A DNA stretch of 60,721 nucleotides from a virus (lineage: Duplodnaviria > Caudoviricetes): the IMG/VR virus record IMGVR_UViG_3300032307_000402, positions 1 through 60,721 of that record; one strand, written 5' to 3'. The notes under the pieces are model-generated. The model saw only the letters and a list, made by a program, of their open reading frames with translations. It did no database searches and was not told the origin of the DNA. The position numbers and the translations under genes are program-made. Positions 31,601-39,902 of the stretch are shown here, piece by piece. Each line of letters opens with the position of its first letter. The first letter of the stretch is position 1.

Positions 31601-32539
31601 AGTTGCAATAGCAAAAGCATTTGTCAAAGATGTTGTTGTCTCTAATGCTTGAGCCTGCTCTACCCCACCAAGAACTGCTAGCCTTGTAGCTTCTGCTACC
31701 TGGGCAGTTAGGTCTGCTCCCATTTTACCCATAGCTGCTGCATCAGCTGCCAATGACATAGTGTCTTCAACAGCAACACCATACTTGGTAAATTCTAGTG
31801 CTAATGACTGAATCTGTTCTGCCATTGCATTGGTTTCTGCTTCTGTCGTGAAAAGCTCACCATATACACGCTTAAACCTTAAAGCCTGCTCCTCCATTTG
31901 CATAAATGTTTTTGAAGCAGTAGTTGCTAAAATAGAAAGAGGAACTGTAAAACCAACCATGAGCTGACGACCAGCCCACTGAGTGTTCTTACCAAAATTT
32001 AGAAGGTTTGTAGAACCTTGCCTTAACAGCTGATTAAAAATCTGTTGTTTTTGAGCAGCAAAAGCTGTTCTTGTAGCTAGATCATTCATGTCTAGCGACA
32101 GAGGTCTAACAGCAATAGACTTTAAGGCACCATTAGCGTCACGACCAAGTGATATATACTGAGTCTGCAGAGTCTTGACTCTAGATTCAGCTACTTTTTC
32201 AATTGTATTAAATTCTGTAGCAAAAGCCTGACCAAAAGATTTTGTAGAGGCTGTAGCAAACCTAAAGTATTCGCCCATAGACAGCTTGTTTCTTTCAAGA
32301 GCATTTGTGAATGACTCTGTGGCTGATCTAATGGTTTGAAGGCGAGCTGAAAATTTACCAGTAGCATTAATATCAGAAATTAATGATCTTTGAAAATTTT
32401 GAGCAGATGCAGCGTTTGCTGCAGAACTAGCCTGAAGCTCTCTTTGAAAGGCTGATATCTGACGCTGAAGTTGCTTAATTGCAGCTAGGGCATTAGAAGT
32501 GTCTATCCCTATACCAATATTAGCTTCAATATCAGCCAT
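25616..32539 (-). CDS. Tail tape measure protein
   Basis: 2307 aa, Ala-rich and helical, with a TP901-type core (GINASEGANALKSGLASL, AIEQLFGK); follows the chaperone genes. Confidence 0.93.
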   Translation of the reverse strand: MADIEANIGIGIDTSNALAAIKQLQRQISAFQRELQASSAANAASAQNFQRSLISDINATGKFSARLQTIRSATESFTNALERNKLSMGEYFRFATASTKSFGQAFATEFNTIEKVAESRVKTLQTQYISLGRDANGALKSIAVRPLSLDMNDLATRTAFAAQKQQIFNQLLRQGSTNLLNFGKNTQWAGRQLMVGFTVPLSILATTASKTFMQMEEQALRFKRVYGELFTTEAETNAMAEQIQSLALEFTKYGVAVEDTMSLAADAAAMGKMGADLTAQVAEATRLAVLGGVEQAQALETTTSLTNAFAIATEDLANKIDFLNAVENQTVTSIEDLTIAIPKAGPVVKQLGGDVEDLAFFLTAMKEGGINASEGANALKSGLASLINPTEKASDMLMGFGINIKGIVEANKGNVSGLVIDFARALDTLDPTTRARAIEQLFGKFQFARLSTLFQNVVSEGTQAQRVLELANATTQELAQLSSRELGRLEESTSYKFQKVVAELQAALAPIGEDFLKVIIPLVEFANNVLEAFNSMDAGVRQFVVGSIAVLAGLGPILIMTFGLLANGVANALKGFAFLRERFLGLGGQTTVLGEQIQYMTQEQLEASAVAASLDQVHSALTQRFTTEAAAVDALTAAYKRNIASLAGLRVSAIPSTLGGSPRKMKDGGIVMVPGSGKGDKVPAMLEPGEAVIPGDMVKKYGGLINGMIADNIPGYQRGKQSDKKSLYGGSTTILSGGGVPFAPGNTAGSKLGMTQAFFESEDFTKMFSAGAIGAAFRANAKSGEQMNLAGLNAYFEETEQDLKDIVDILRKSEESLRKAGKNIDSFDDITANAKKELEQKFDAMTAKSDRAAKVAQTVQREMLDPTRESMLASKLSETRARAIKANPVTGAMTETVFRMTGTKGRDAATKAAQLMFPQDVARLSAQGASSFAHLNEKRLGGPSLPMRGGMLTADPALLAAATAKLTEASAKQAAKYPQGVLTSRNAANVDLVSPAATKASADKAAKIYTEEFKKKTEDAYVATRDRNSPHPLAAKDGADDAKAYDSSFKKTSRRAASGGTVTVGSESGKFVKDPKSGNVFSAEKFAKQEESRAKAVGRSTQMVVDSMSKFSSKVQGVTFGISAVAGILTMFGGTVGEVGNVLFQVSGTLFGLITATQLLITAKMKEAATSAIAGMGGFGGLLKGPGGKIANLFGNLGTILTAVLPNLARFIPVIGIAVTALSAFAFVANIAEQQRKKIEGLGNAAFISGEKLKAAGEMFGFTAKASSLPQAFQGKASASPEIAAQAAELGASEEFANQWQTEIDAVKAATPAQAQAILYSLAQQLAASGAPTEAVQAIIKAITDAAGQKELDLSFSKINFAGTTVKTAASQAAELFNAEFAASTQNVGRGMQMGNTQTNKENAAIVGSAFASDLTAINAKLLEGTITVDDFNTQMSELGTLWSSLGEAGQKLVLPNLAEKIGATEAIEGIKDTEDAFMLLQAAATGLDPTEVANLAKAIKEGQDSSDPTKVNAYKKAQEKLNTVIKTGAKATADLVARQKEKNKQDELAAEFTGATGAIQADIDALNQQTDAYNDLIDKGWSTVDALMAVRDANFMVAYSTAVNATAQQEVIDKYKELINLTKTSPVTSGGGGGKKSPFQEGVEGLQNQRKQLIDMSVAYRKLTKDGMSATQAFEAVQDPATAAALAATKVGTKGWEKLVSLLKQTNILAEKKAIKELLRGTKDETAILRKQNVVTKGLDNLGYTYEQIQEIIADPTALNLIYKDLMKDGKINAKETLEYLQEIKKQDGLTVELNLKTKEGAAQEFQKLFDKAVEYLNEQRVKVELDFEVATAADQDIIEKAEDQIAGIQYVIDDYEAELVGIENQEEKINKQYDARQKALESVAKVNDKIARQQKGQLNVADALAQGDIAAAARAAQELEAQNRQDAIDSQREALDRARQTDLRGVRSASGKSREQIEAEVKKLKQQIFEIEEKSLEPARERVRLQEITKREAVQAIEAQIREWDILQNKVNLAKLKLTPEEMQAMKDQAKVIADMLQNWEDIKDKTAILTVIKKTVEEGSGGSGGSGGGNGGNGGIPDTTSGDSVTRPRTSDQQIMDAKAALNNKNTAVAASTILAKAAGVLDSNGRLTTTADTAEKKINSTVAKAATTIANNLKAGSLTGTSSSSAGETNRFANLAGSIKATKPGTVNTTTLAGILKASGVNKLAGGGMVKYMANGGLFSSLGTDIVPAMLTPGEFVVSRPAVKNFGADRLKAINSGASVGDSMYNYKINVNVQSNANPDQIARAVMTQIKQVDSQRIRGNRF

Positions 32540-32563
32540 TCATGTTACCTCATAGTTTAGTTG

Positions 32564-32884
32564 TTACACATTTACGTTTGCCAAGGTTGTACCATTAAGG
32601 TTAATACCAGAGGCTGCTTCAATAATTGCGTATACGGTTGGTAGATCTAGAATGTCTTCAAGTGCCTTCGCATCTGCAGCCAACTCTGGCTTGTACTGCC
32701 TCATAGCAACCTGAACACAGTCTATAAGTAGATCCATAGACTTCTGGTTATCCTCTGCAATGTCAGTAATGCCTGCAAACTTGCTGGTAAACTCTCTTAG
32801 CAAAGAGATCTTTAGTGGACGTACGTGAATCTCAGTGCCATCCATCAACTTGATAGTCTTAGTTTCGTTGACTGTTGTTGTCAT
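32564..32884 (-). CDS. Tail assembly chaperone (short, G-like)
   Basis: Between major tail and tape measure; start ATG 32884 after GGAGAGG; paralog of the adjacent gene. Confidence 0.7.
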   Translation of the reverse strand: MTTTVNETKTIKLMDGTEIHVRPLKISLLREFTSKFAGITDIAEDNQKSMDLLIDCVQVAMRQYKPELAADAKALEDILDLPTVYAIIEAASGINLNGTTLANVNV

Positions 32885-32917
32885 TTTTTTCCTCTCCATA
32901 TATTTTGGGGTAAGTTT

Positions 32918-32926
32918 ATTATAGCA
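32918..32926 (-). promoter_or_regulatory. Extended -10 TGCTATAAT
   Basis: Intergenic, between the two chaperone genes. Confidence 0.65.
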
Positions 32927-32932
32927 TACAGC

Positions 32933-33628
32933 TTATGATTTTTTAGTTAAATCCTCATAGCCAAGGCCCATACCAATACCAAATCCTGCCCTTTGAGCAG
33001 CATATCCCTGCAAAGATGTAATATCATTTGGATTGCTAGTTTTACCGTTGCTAAATACCTTAGCTTTCATTCTTTCCCATGCATTTTCTTCTGATTTACC
33101 AGTCTGCTTGTCAAGATCTACGCCCTGAATCGCTGCCAAAAACTTCTTTTCTCTATAATCAGCATCTCTTTTTGCATTTAAAGTTGTCACTAGTTCTGGC
33201 ATAGACAAGGACGACTCTAGGTCTTCATAGTCCTTCCAGATACCCAAAAGAAATAGCTCTGACTCTAAAGATACGATATCCATATCAGACCACTGAGTTT
33301 CTGCGTCTTTGGCTTGGGCAGTTGTTGATTGTTCAGAGTTTTCATTTATCTTAATGCCAGCTGCAATGTCTAATATTTTATATAAAGTCTTAATGTCAAT
33401 AGCATCCTCTACCAGTTCTTTAGTCTTTAAGGATGGGAAATATTGCTTCATTGCCACTGTGGCACACTCAAGTAATAGACTTAGCGTCTCATCTTCGTCT
33501 GACTCTGTTTTTATTTTCTCAAAAATATCCATAAATTCACGTAAATATTTAATCTTTAATGGAGTAATAAATATCTCAGTGCCATCTATTAAAAATATAG
33601 TTTCTGATTCGTATACGACATTTGGCAT
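32933..33628 (-). CDS. Tail assembly chaperone (long, GT-like)
   Basis: N-terminal half is paralogous to 32564-32884; C-terminal half has WKDYEDLESSLSMPEL. Start ATG 33628 lies 6 nt after TATAAT. Confidence 0.7.
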   Translation of the reverse strand: MPNVVYESETIFLIDGTEIFITPLKIKYLREFMDIFEKIKTESDEDETLSLLLECATVAMKQYFPSLKTKELVEDAIDIKTLYKILDIAAGIKINENSEQSTTAQAKDAETQWSDMDIVSLESELFLLGIWKDYEDLESSLSMPELVTTLNAKRDADYREKKFLAAIQGVDLDKQTGKSEENAWERMKAKVFSNGKTSNPNDITSLQGYAAQRAGFGIGMGLGYEDLTKKS

Positions 33629-33644
33629 TATACTATTATACCCT

Positions 33645-33682
33645 AAAGCAAACTGCCCCAGCAAATAAATGCCAGGGCAGTT
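33645..33682 (-). terminator. Intrinsic terminator after the major tail gene
   Basis: On the - strand, AACTGCCCTGGCA-tttatt-TGCTGGGGCAGTT followed by TGCTTT. Confidence 0.75.
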
Positions 33683-33697
33683 CTATTAAGTTATAGA

Positions 33698-34327
33698 TTA
33701 GCTTGAAGCTGGGATGGTGCGATCAACAATCTTACCATATGAAGCCTGATCGTTTGGTAGCAAACGGAACGAAACTTCAAACATAGTAGCCTCGTCACGC
33801 TTTGCACCTACAGTAACACTCTCAATAGAAAGTGCACGGTAAGCTACGTAAACACGCTCAATCTGGTCAGAAAGAGCACATTCACCAGTACCAGGACCAA
33901 CTGCAACAAGACCACGCTCAACTGGACACTCACCAATGTCACCTGCGGACAGGTTAAGGGTTGGGTTTCCAGCAACAGTGGCTAGGTCATCCTCCTTACC
34001 AGCAAGGGCAAAGAGAAGGTTCTCTAGAGTAGCTTCTGCGAAGGTGGTGTTCAGGTTAACCTGCATACCCTGCTTGTAAAGCTTTGCAACGTCAAGGACC
34101 TGGTCAACCTGTACTTCACCGAAGTCAGGCTGGAACTGGATCTCAAGACCGTTCATGGTGTAACCAACGTTACGGAATACTCCAACCTCGTCCTCAAGGG
34201 TGTCCTTGTAAGAAACGTTTTCCACATAGGAAGGCAGCAAGTTCTCAGTTAGAACTCCGTCTTCATATGTGAATAGGGCTGCAGCACCAACAATAATTTG
34301 GTTACTATTTCCACGATTATATGCCAT
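33698..34327 (-). CDS. Major tail (tube) protein
   Basis: NVGYTMNGLEIQFQPDFGEVQVDQ and EATLENL; follows the connector genes; strong RBS and its own terminator. Confidence 0.85.
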   Translation of the reverse strand: MAYNRGNSNQIIVGAAALFTYEDGVLTENLLPSYVENVSYKDTLEDEVGVFRNVGYTMNGLEIQFQPDFGEVQVDQVLDVAKLYKQGMQVNLNTTFAEATLENLLFALAGKEDDLATVAGNPTLNLSAGDIGECPVERGLVAVGPGTGECALSDQIERVYVAYRALSIESVTVGAKRDEATMFEVSFRLLPNDQASYGKIVDRTIPASS

Positions 34328-34378
34328 ATTTTTTCACCTCTTTTTCGTTAGATAAGTGGGCGATGTTTCCTCATGCCA

Positions 34379-34387
34379 ATTATAGCA
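34379..34387 (-). promoter_or_regulatory. Extended -10 TGCTATAAT for the major tail gene
   Basis: Intergenic motif. Confidence 0.65.
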
Positions 34388-34401
34388 TTCTTTTATTAAG
34401 A

Positions 34402-34926
34402 TTATGATTTATGCCAAGCATAATCAATAATGATCTTATTCCCAGCGTAAGTTCTGGCAGTTCCAAAATCAATAATGTCTCTGCTTTCTTCTAGTTGATA
34501 AATTTTAATTTCATGGAAAAATGGCAAAAGCAATGGCTGTCCAGCATTATCCACTAGGGGATTATTAGATTCTTGCTTTTCTGCACACCAAGCATTAAGC
34601 TCTTGAGCTGATTCATCTCCACCGTCTAAAAGATCTTGCATTACTTGAGATACCTCTATAAGTGTGCCAATTGCGTTTGTTGCGGTACCATAAAAATAAT
34701 ACAACAATTGCTCAGTTTTAATGTGTGGGAATGGACCCCTACGAAGCTTAAACATCCTATCATAAACAGCGAATAACCCAGAAGTATTTTGTGACACCAA
34801 AGATCCTGTTAACTGATCAATGCTGCTTGGAGTAGTTGGAAAAAATGGCACAGAGCCAAACCCATAATTAGACAGCCTATCTATTAAATATCCATTAATA
34901 AACTGAGCTGGATTATGAAAAGCCAT
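34402..34926 (-). CDS. Putative tail terminator / completion protein
   Basis: Positional call; start ATG 34926 in a TAATG overlap. Confidence 0.5.
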   Translation of the reverse strand: MAFHNPAQFINGYLIDRLSNYGFGSVPFFPTTPSSIDQLTGSLVSQNTSGLFAVYDRMFKLRRGPFPHIKTEQLLYYFYGTATNAIGTLIEVSQVMQDLLDGGDESAQELNAWCAEKQESNNPLVDNAGQPLLLPFFHEIKIYQLEESRDIIDFGTARTYAGNKIIIDYAWHKS

Positions 34927-35597
34927 TAGTTCACCTTCCCTGCATCTGAAATCCACTTGGCACCAACTGCCATTCCCTTTGGCTTTCCACCAAGAATGCC
35001 AGATTTAAGATTGTCTCTATAGGCTGTTGGAGTCTTTAGATAATTAAGTATACCACTTGAACTTAAAAATGATTGAGCAAAATAGCCTCTGAAGAATGAG
35101 TCAAATACCCTCTCGTATTCTCCGCTAACGTTTCCACCTGGATTTTCTACAGAAACTTCTTTTTGGGTAAACACAGTTTCACCATTTACATTAAATGCTA
35201 ATACACGATTCTTTGGCTGAATTGTAACTGGAATTCCATTTTCCATAATCTTTGCCTTATTATAAAATGGAACATTTGATCCATTTTTAATTGATGTTGA
35301 CTGCCTAAATGTAGAGTTTATTGATAGTCCAGATACTCCAATATTATAGTCAATATCAAAAAGTCTAGCGTCTGGAGAACCAACCCTATTCCATTCATAT
35401 ACATGCTTAAGCAGTCCTGGGGAAACTCTGGCATTAACATCTATATAGTTTTTCAATGTTTCTATGACTCCAGATCCCAAGTTATTCAAAAAATCAGGAT
35501 ACCCTTTTTTAACGCCACCCAGGAAGCCAACAGTATATTGAATAAAATTATCAATATCACGATCAAATGCTTTGGAGTCAATTTTTAGCGTAAGCAT
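34926..35597 (-). CDS. Putative neck / tail completion protein (HK97 gp10-like position)
   Basis: KAKIMENGIPVTIQPKNRVLAF motif; position in the connector block. Confidence 0.5.
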   Translation of the reverse strand: MLTLKIDSKAFDRDIDNFIQYTVGFLGGVKKGYPDFLNNLGSGVIETLKNYIDVNARVSPGLLKHVYEWNRVGSPDARLFDIDYNIGVSGLSINSTFRQSTSIKNGSNVPFYNKAKIMENGIPVTIQPKNRVLAFNVNGETVFTQKEVSVENPGGNVSGEYERVFDSFFRGYFAQSFLSSSGILNYLKTPTAYRDNLKSGILGGKPKGMAVGAKWISDAGKVN

Positions 35598-36052
35598 TAA
35601 ATATCCTCTGCTTGGTTTTCCGATCTTCTAAGAATTACCTTGTAGTATTCTATATCTCCAAATGGTCCAGAAAATGGTTGCTGTGTAGCTATTTCAAATA
35701 TAGTAGACTTATTCTTTCGGACACCAGAAGTTTCTACATATGTTGGGTTGCCATTTTTGTTACGTATATTTGTAACTATTACGTTAGTTATAGCATTTCC
35801 ATCATCTCTGGAAGAAACCCTAATGTCAGACTTTACCCTACCAACCAATAAAGAACTTTGACTTAGATCAATATTTACGACTACCTCTTCTTTAAACCCT
35901 GTCCCTGCTGCAGTAAAGCTACATGCTATAGTTTTATCCAATACCCAATTTTTTTTAACTGCACCATAGGAAGACTGTTCTACAATTGGGTAGTAGACAT
36001 CTGCAAGCATTGGAAACGTAAAATCTACTGGACCACAGCCATCACATGACAT
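35597..36052 (-). CDS. Putative head-closure (stopper) protein
   Basis: Position; pattern QSSYGAVKKNW and YYKVILRR. Confidence 0.55.
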   Translation of the reverse strand: MSCDGCGPVDFTFPMLADVYYPIVEQSSYGAVKKNWVLDKTIACSFTAAGTGFKEEVVVNIDLSQSSLLVGRVKSDIRVSSRDDGNAITNVIVTNIRNKNGNPTYVETSGVRKNKSTIFEIATQQPFSGPFGDIEYYKVILRRSENQAEDI

Positions 36053-36957
36053 TATAATACTCCAACAAATGATATGGATTTGACATATTTAGATAAAATC
36101 TTATCTACTATCAAGTTGCCTGTTCCTTCAAAAACTCTGGAATCAAACTTAATCTTGAACTGGTCAGTATTATAATCAGCCAGATATCTCTTGTAATAGT
36201 CTAATTTGCCACATTCAATATCATCAATTAATAGCTTTGTTGCTTTAGCTATATCTGATGGCACCTTTGTGTACCCAGTTTCAAGAATTAGCCTGTAGTC
36301 AAAAGTTTTAGGAAATCCACTTGGTGCTTGATAATTAAAGTCAACTGCATCTGAAGATGCAAGTGGTATGAGGTTTGGTGCAGATTCGTTTCTATTAAGC
36401 TTGTCTGAATAAGACTCAATCACTGCTGTCTTATCCTTTGTAAGTTCAAAAAATCTGTCTGTTAGCAAAATGTTATTTTCATAGACTTCCAAAACCTTTT
36501 TAGCATTTTTCCAAATAGGAAGATAGTCTGAGCCAACCCCTGTTGTTTCTACTGTTTCCTTTTTGTAGTAAAATCCTTCAGAGATTACGGAGTCAATAAT
36601 TGCACGAGCCAACTCTTCACTTTGTGCATACTCTGCCACTCTGGATGGGCTTGTGGAAATAGTGTTTGGATCAACATACGGCCTTCTTAGCTCAAAGGTG
36701 TCTTCTGCAATAAGATCTCCAGATTCTTTAAACGTAATCTGAACAAGGTAATCTGCGTCATATTTGTTTGTAAGATACTCAGAGTAAGATAGTCCTCCTG
36801 GTGGGGCAAATGAAAACTCTGTAGATGATACAACTGACATATCAGCCAAATCAATTACTGTAGATATTAGTGGGGTATTCTGATAGTTACCCTCAGACTC
36901 AGGCAACTCAATAACTACTTGAGAAGACCCAGTTGACTTCAGTCTTAAAATTTCCAT
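36052..36957 (-). CDS. Head-tail adaptor protein
   Basis: ETGYTKVPSDIAKAT and GTGNLIVDKILSKY motifs. Confidence 0.65.
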   Translation of the reverse strand: MEILRLKSTGSSQVVIELPESEGNYQNTPLISTVIDLADMSVVSSTEFSFAPPGGLSYSEYLTNKYDADYLVQITFKESGDLIAEDTFELRRPYVDPNTISTSPSRVAEYAQSEELARAIIDSVISEGFYYKKETVETTGVGSDYLPIWKNAKKVLEVYENNILLTDRFFELTKDKTAVIESYSDKLNRNESAPNLIPLASSDAVDFNYQAPSGFPKTFDYRLILETGYTKVPSDIAKATKLLIDDIECGKLDYYKRYLADYNTDQFKIKFDSRVFEGTGNLIVDKILSKYVKSISFVGVL

Positions 36958-37277
36958 TACTTATTAAACTCCTTGGCAACCTCTTCTGGTGTTGCAACTC
37001 TAACTGATGGATGAGAAAGCCATTTAGATGCTAATTCAACATCTACAATTGTATACCCTCTATATAATTTTCCCATTCCAGTCCATGTTAAATTTCTGGC
37101 TGCAAAAAGTGCCACCTTGTTATTTTCTGTAACAAACTCTGACAAGTCTAATTTATCACTTTTATTTGCTGCCTTTTGCTTCTTTATTTTATTGGACAAT
37201 ATCGAAAGTGCTGGCTGTTCTTCCTCCAACAAAACTCTAGTCTTATATGTTAAAGGTTTTTCTGATTTTGATGTCAT
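36957..37277 (-). CDS. Hypothetical protein
   Basis: RBS AAGGAG; C-terminal VRVATPEEVAKEF. Confidence 0.65.
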   Translation of the reverse strand: MTSKSEKPLTYKTRVLLEEEQPALSILSNKIKKQKAANKSDKLDLSEFVTENNKVALFAARNLTWTGMGKLYRGYTIVDVELASKWLSHPSVRVATPEEVAKEFNK

Positions 37278-37299
37278 CGCACACTCCTTATCTATATTA

Positions 37300-37308
37300 A
37301 TTATAACA
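37300..37308 (-). promoter_or_regulatory. Extended -10 TGTTATAAT
   Basis: Immediately downstream of the capsid terminator. Confidence 0.6.
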
Positions 37309-37315
37309 GATAATG

Positions 37316-37348
37316 CAAAAGGGGTAGAAGCTATATGCCTCTACCCCT
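37316..37348 (-). terminator. Intrinsic terminator after the major capsid gene
   Basis: On the - strand, AGGGGTAGAGGC-atata-GCTTCTACCCCT followed by TTTGC. Confidence 0.8.
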
Positions 37349-37361
37349 ATGCTAGTGTGAT

Positions 37362-38486
37362 TTAGGAATCTAGAGAGTCTGCATCTGCGAAAGCAACTGC
37401 ATCTTCTTCTTCCCACTGTACACCAAAGCGGACGAATACGGTGTATTCAATGGTGTCCTTCTTTGGCTTGTATTCACGGTTGACAGTGATGTCACGCTGG
37501 AATCCCCATACACGGTTCTGTGGGAATGTCAAGTCGACATAGCCCTCAGGGTAGTAAGGAACTTCCTGAACATCAATACCTAGAACACGAGTGGTACGAG
37601 CTGCACCAAAGGTCTGAGCTGCACCGTCTAGATAAGACTGACGGTTAGCCTCAGTGTGTCCAACAGTGGTTCCGAATGCCTCTGCAATTGCGTCAGCAAG
37701 GGTTCCGTTGTTCTTCACAATACCCTGGAATGCATCAGTACCAGCGTAGAACTTGAGGTTGCTCTTAATAGCACGGTACTTACGTGGCATTGCAAGAATG
37801 ATGTCCTGCATTACCTCTGGTGTCCATGCATTGTTGGATACTGTAACAACAGCTTCGTGAGCATCTCCGTTGGTCTTTACACGGTCGACAAAACCCTGTA
37901 GAATTCCAAGGAATGCACCGTCACCAGTGTCTCCAGTACCATTAATAGCTAGATCCTCAATGTCGTTTGCGAAAGCGTTGGTCATTAGACGAACCAGGTG
38001 GTCCTCTAGTGCAGCACCTTCAATACCATCTTCTAGAGCTTCAGAGGATACTTCCCAGTCAAGACGAATCTTCTTGGTTGTAAGCTCTACCTTAGAGAAT
38101 GTTGCACCAGTGTTTGTGTATGCACCATCAGCCTGGGCTGCAGCACGAATTACACGCTCACCTACGTTAACCTTCTCAAGCTCCATTGTGTTGGCTCGCA
38201 TAGTTACACGACGACCATCCTTGGCGAGAACAGTAGCATCCCATACATAGTCGATAAAACGACGTGCCTGCTCAGGGCGTAGGATACCGCTTCCTGCATC
38301 ACCAGAAGGGTTAATAGCGTTTGGGCCAGTGGTTACACCAAAGTTTGCAGTAGGAATGTTACCAAGGGTACCATATCCGTCACTTCCAAGACCTGGGGTA
38401 GTTACTCCACCAACACCTCCAGAAGCAAAAACACCCTCATCAGCTGCTTTTGCGATATCTGTATTATTCATAATCTCTTCCGACAT
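37362..38486 (-). CDS. Major capsid protein (HK97 fold)
   Basis: GILRPEQARRFID, EALED, DIEDLAINGTG and DITVNRE; strong RBS AGGAGGT. Confidence 0.92.
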   Translation of the reverse strand: MSEEIMNNTDIAKAADEGVFASGGVGGVTTPGLGSDGYGTLGNIPTANFGVTTGPNAINPSGDAGSGILRPEQARRFIDYVWDATVLAKDGRRVTMRANTMELEKVNVGERVIRAAAQADGAYTNTGATFSKVELTTKKIRLDWEVSSEALEDGIEGAALEDHLVRLMTNAFANDIEDLAINGTGDTGDGAFLGILQGFVDRVKTNGDAHEAVVTVSNNAWTPEVMQDIILAMPRKYRAIKSNLKFYAGTDAFQGIVKNNGTLADAIAEAFGTTVGHTEANRQSYLDGAAQTFGAARTTRVLGIDVQEVPYYPEGYVDLTFPQNRVWGFQRDITVNREYKPKKDTIEYTVFVRFGVQWEEEDAVAFADADSLDS

Positions 38487-38513
38487 ATTGTCACCTCCTA
38501 AGTGATTTTAACT

Positions 38514-39068
38514 TTATCGAAATAAGTCGGCAGTTTTGAGGAAACGTCCGCCCCATAGGGATTGTTCAGACTTATTCATCTGAACTTCCTGTACGATCTC
38601 GCCTAGATCGCCAGATTTACGGAAAGCTGTATCTGCTTCTACAGCGTCAATACGCTTTCCAATATTGTTAAAGTCTGTCTCGGCATCTGTTAGTTTGGCG
38701 TTAACCAAGCCAAGGGACTTCTTGAGATCAGCAATTTCGTCATTTAGTGACTTCACTACTGATGTTAGATCGCTAAAGGCTGTTGTGATGCCGTCACGAA
38801 TCTCAGCGACTGCTGTGACGATCTCTTCTGACTTTGACACCTCTTCAGAAGAATCGGACTTAACCTCATCCTCATCCATGTCGTTGGACTTTAGCTTTGG
38901 ATCAGAATCGCCTTCTGCGTCATCTTCATCCATGTCTTCTGTCTTTACAACTTCAGCTTCTTCTGCTTTTTCTACTACAGAGTCTACTGTGGCATCTGCC
39001 TCTGGAGCGACCTCGTCTGATTTTTCAACAGTAGTCTCTTCAACTACATCATTTGTTGCATCAGTCAT
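38514..39068 (-). CDS. Nested in-frame scaffold protein (internal start)
   Basis: AAGGAGGT at 39083-39076, 7 nt before the in-frame ATG at 39068 (MTDATNDVVEE). Confidence 0.7.
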   Translation of the reverse strand: MTDATNDVVEETTVEKSDEVAPEADATVDSVVEKAEEAEVVKTEDMDEDDAEGDSDPKLKSNDMDEDEVKSDSSEEVSKSEEIVTAVAEIRDGITTAFSDLTSVVKSLNDEIADLKKSLGLVNAKLTDAETDFNNIGKRIDAVEADTAFRKSGDLGEIVQEVQMNKSEQSLWGGRFLKTADLFR

Positions 39069-39821
39069 AGGGCTTACCTCCTTTGTCATCTTAGAAAGAT
39101 TAATGCCTTTAGCACTATCAACTAAGAACTTTATCATGTCTGTTTTTTCGCTGTCGTTTTTTTCAACGAAACCTATATTTTCCATCGGCAATCCACTAAT
39201 TGGGCTTGCAGATGATTGATCCTGGGATAGCGTTATAATTTCGTTATCTCTATCCCAAAATACATTTTCTAACTCTGTAGCTTCCGACTTTTCAATTTCT
39301 ACTGAGTCCATTTTTTCAATGGAAACAATGTTAGCAAATTGATTTGCAGGGTTGTCTACAAGAGAAAGCTCTGTAAGGTCATATTCCTTAATTATTCTGA
39401 TTGACTTGTCCATGGTCTCGTCATAAGCATCATCCCACTTATTCATGCGACCACCAATTGAAAAACCAGAAAGTGTTCCATCTAAAACCTTTTCCCAAGT
39501 ATCTTGTGCACCCTTTGAAATATATGCAGAAACAAAAACCCCAGTATAGAATTTTTTGGTTTCTGGGTCAAAGTACTTGTCTTCCTTAAAAGAGACCATC
39601 TTGCCTACAGAAATTGGCTGGTGCATCTCACGAATATTCCCACGGAATCTCTTAAAGGCACCTAGACTAGCCTCAGTAGTAACGATATCTGACTGCTTGT
39701 CAACGTTGTCAAGTGTGGCAAATCCCGAAACGATGCGTCGTTCCTGATCTACCTTAGAAAAGGGCATTGAGAGGCGGACATTCTCCCCCTCTGTATCCCA
39801 ATGTGCCTTTGATATAGTCAT
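38514..39821 (-). CDS. Prohead protease fused to an acidic scaffold domain
   Basis: HK97-type protease motifs (REMH, GFSIGG, ELSLVDNPAN) followed by an acidic coiled-coil tail. Confidence 0.88.
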   Translation of the reverse strand: MTISKAHWDTEGENVRLSMPFSKVDQERRIVSGFATLDNVDKQSDIVTTEASLGAFKRFRGNIREMHQPISVGKMVSFKEDKYFDPETKKFYTGVFVSAYISKGAQDTWEKVLDGTLSGFSIGGRMNKWDDAYDETMDKSIRIIKEYDLTELSLVDNPANQFANIVSIEKMDSVEIEKSEATELENVFWDRDNEIITLSQDQSSASPISGLPMENIGFVEKNDSEKTDMIKFLVDSAKGINLSKMTKEVSPMTDATNDVVEETTVEKSDEVAPEADATVDSVVEKAEEAEVVKTEDMDEDDAEGDSDPKLKSNDMDEDEVKSDSSEEVSKSEEIVTAVAEIRDGITTAFSDLTSVVKSLNDEIADLKKSLGLVNAKLTDAETDFNNIGKRIDAVEADTAFRKSGDLGEIVQEVQMNKSEQSLWGGRFLKTADLFR

Positions 39822-39829
39822 ACTACCCT

Positions 39830-39883
39830 ATTATACAGTCCGTTTTTTTAATTATTAAGTTTTTATAACGATTTATTATATCA
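39830..39883 (-). promoter_or_regulatory. Tandem -10 boxes (TGATATAAT, CTGTATAAT) upstream of the protease gene
   Basis: At 39875-39883 and 39830-39838 in an AT-rich intergenic region. Confidence 0.55.
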
Positions 39884-39902
39884 CAATAATAAACTTAAAA
39901 TA

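Noticed and set aside
32884-32935. Slippery A7 run as a chaperone frameshift site
   Set aside because: It lies between the RBS and ATG of the short chaperone gene, after the long gene's stop codon, so it cannot fuse the two ORFs.
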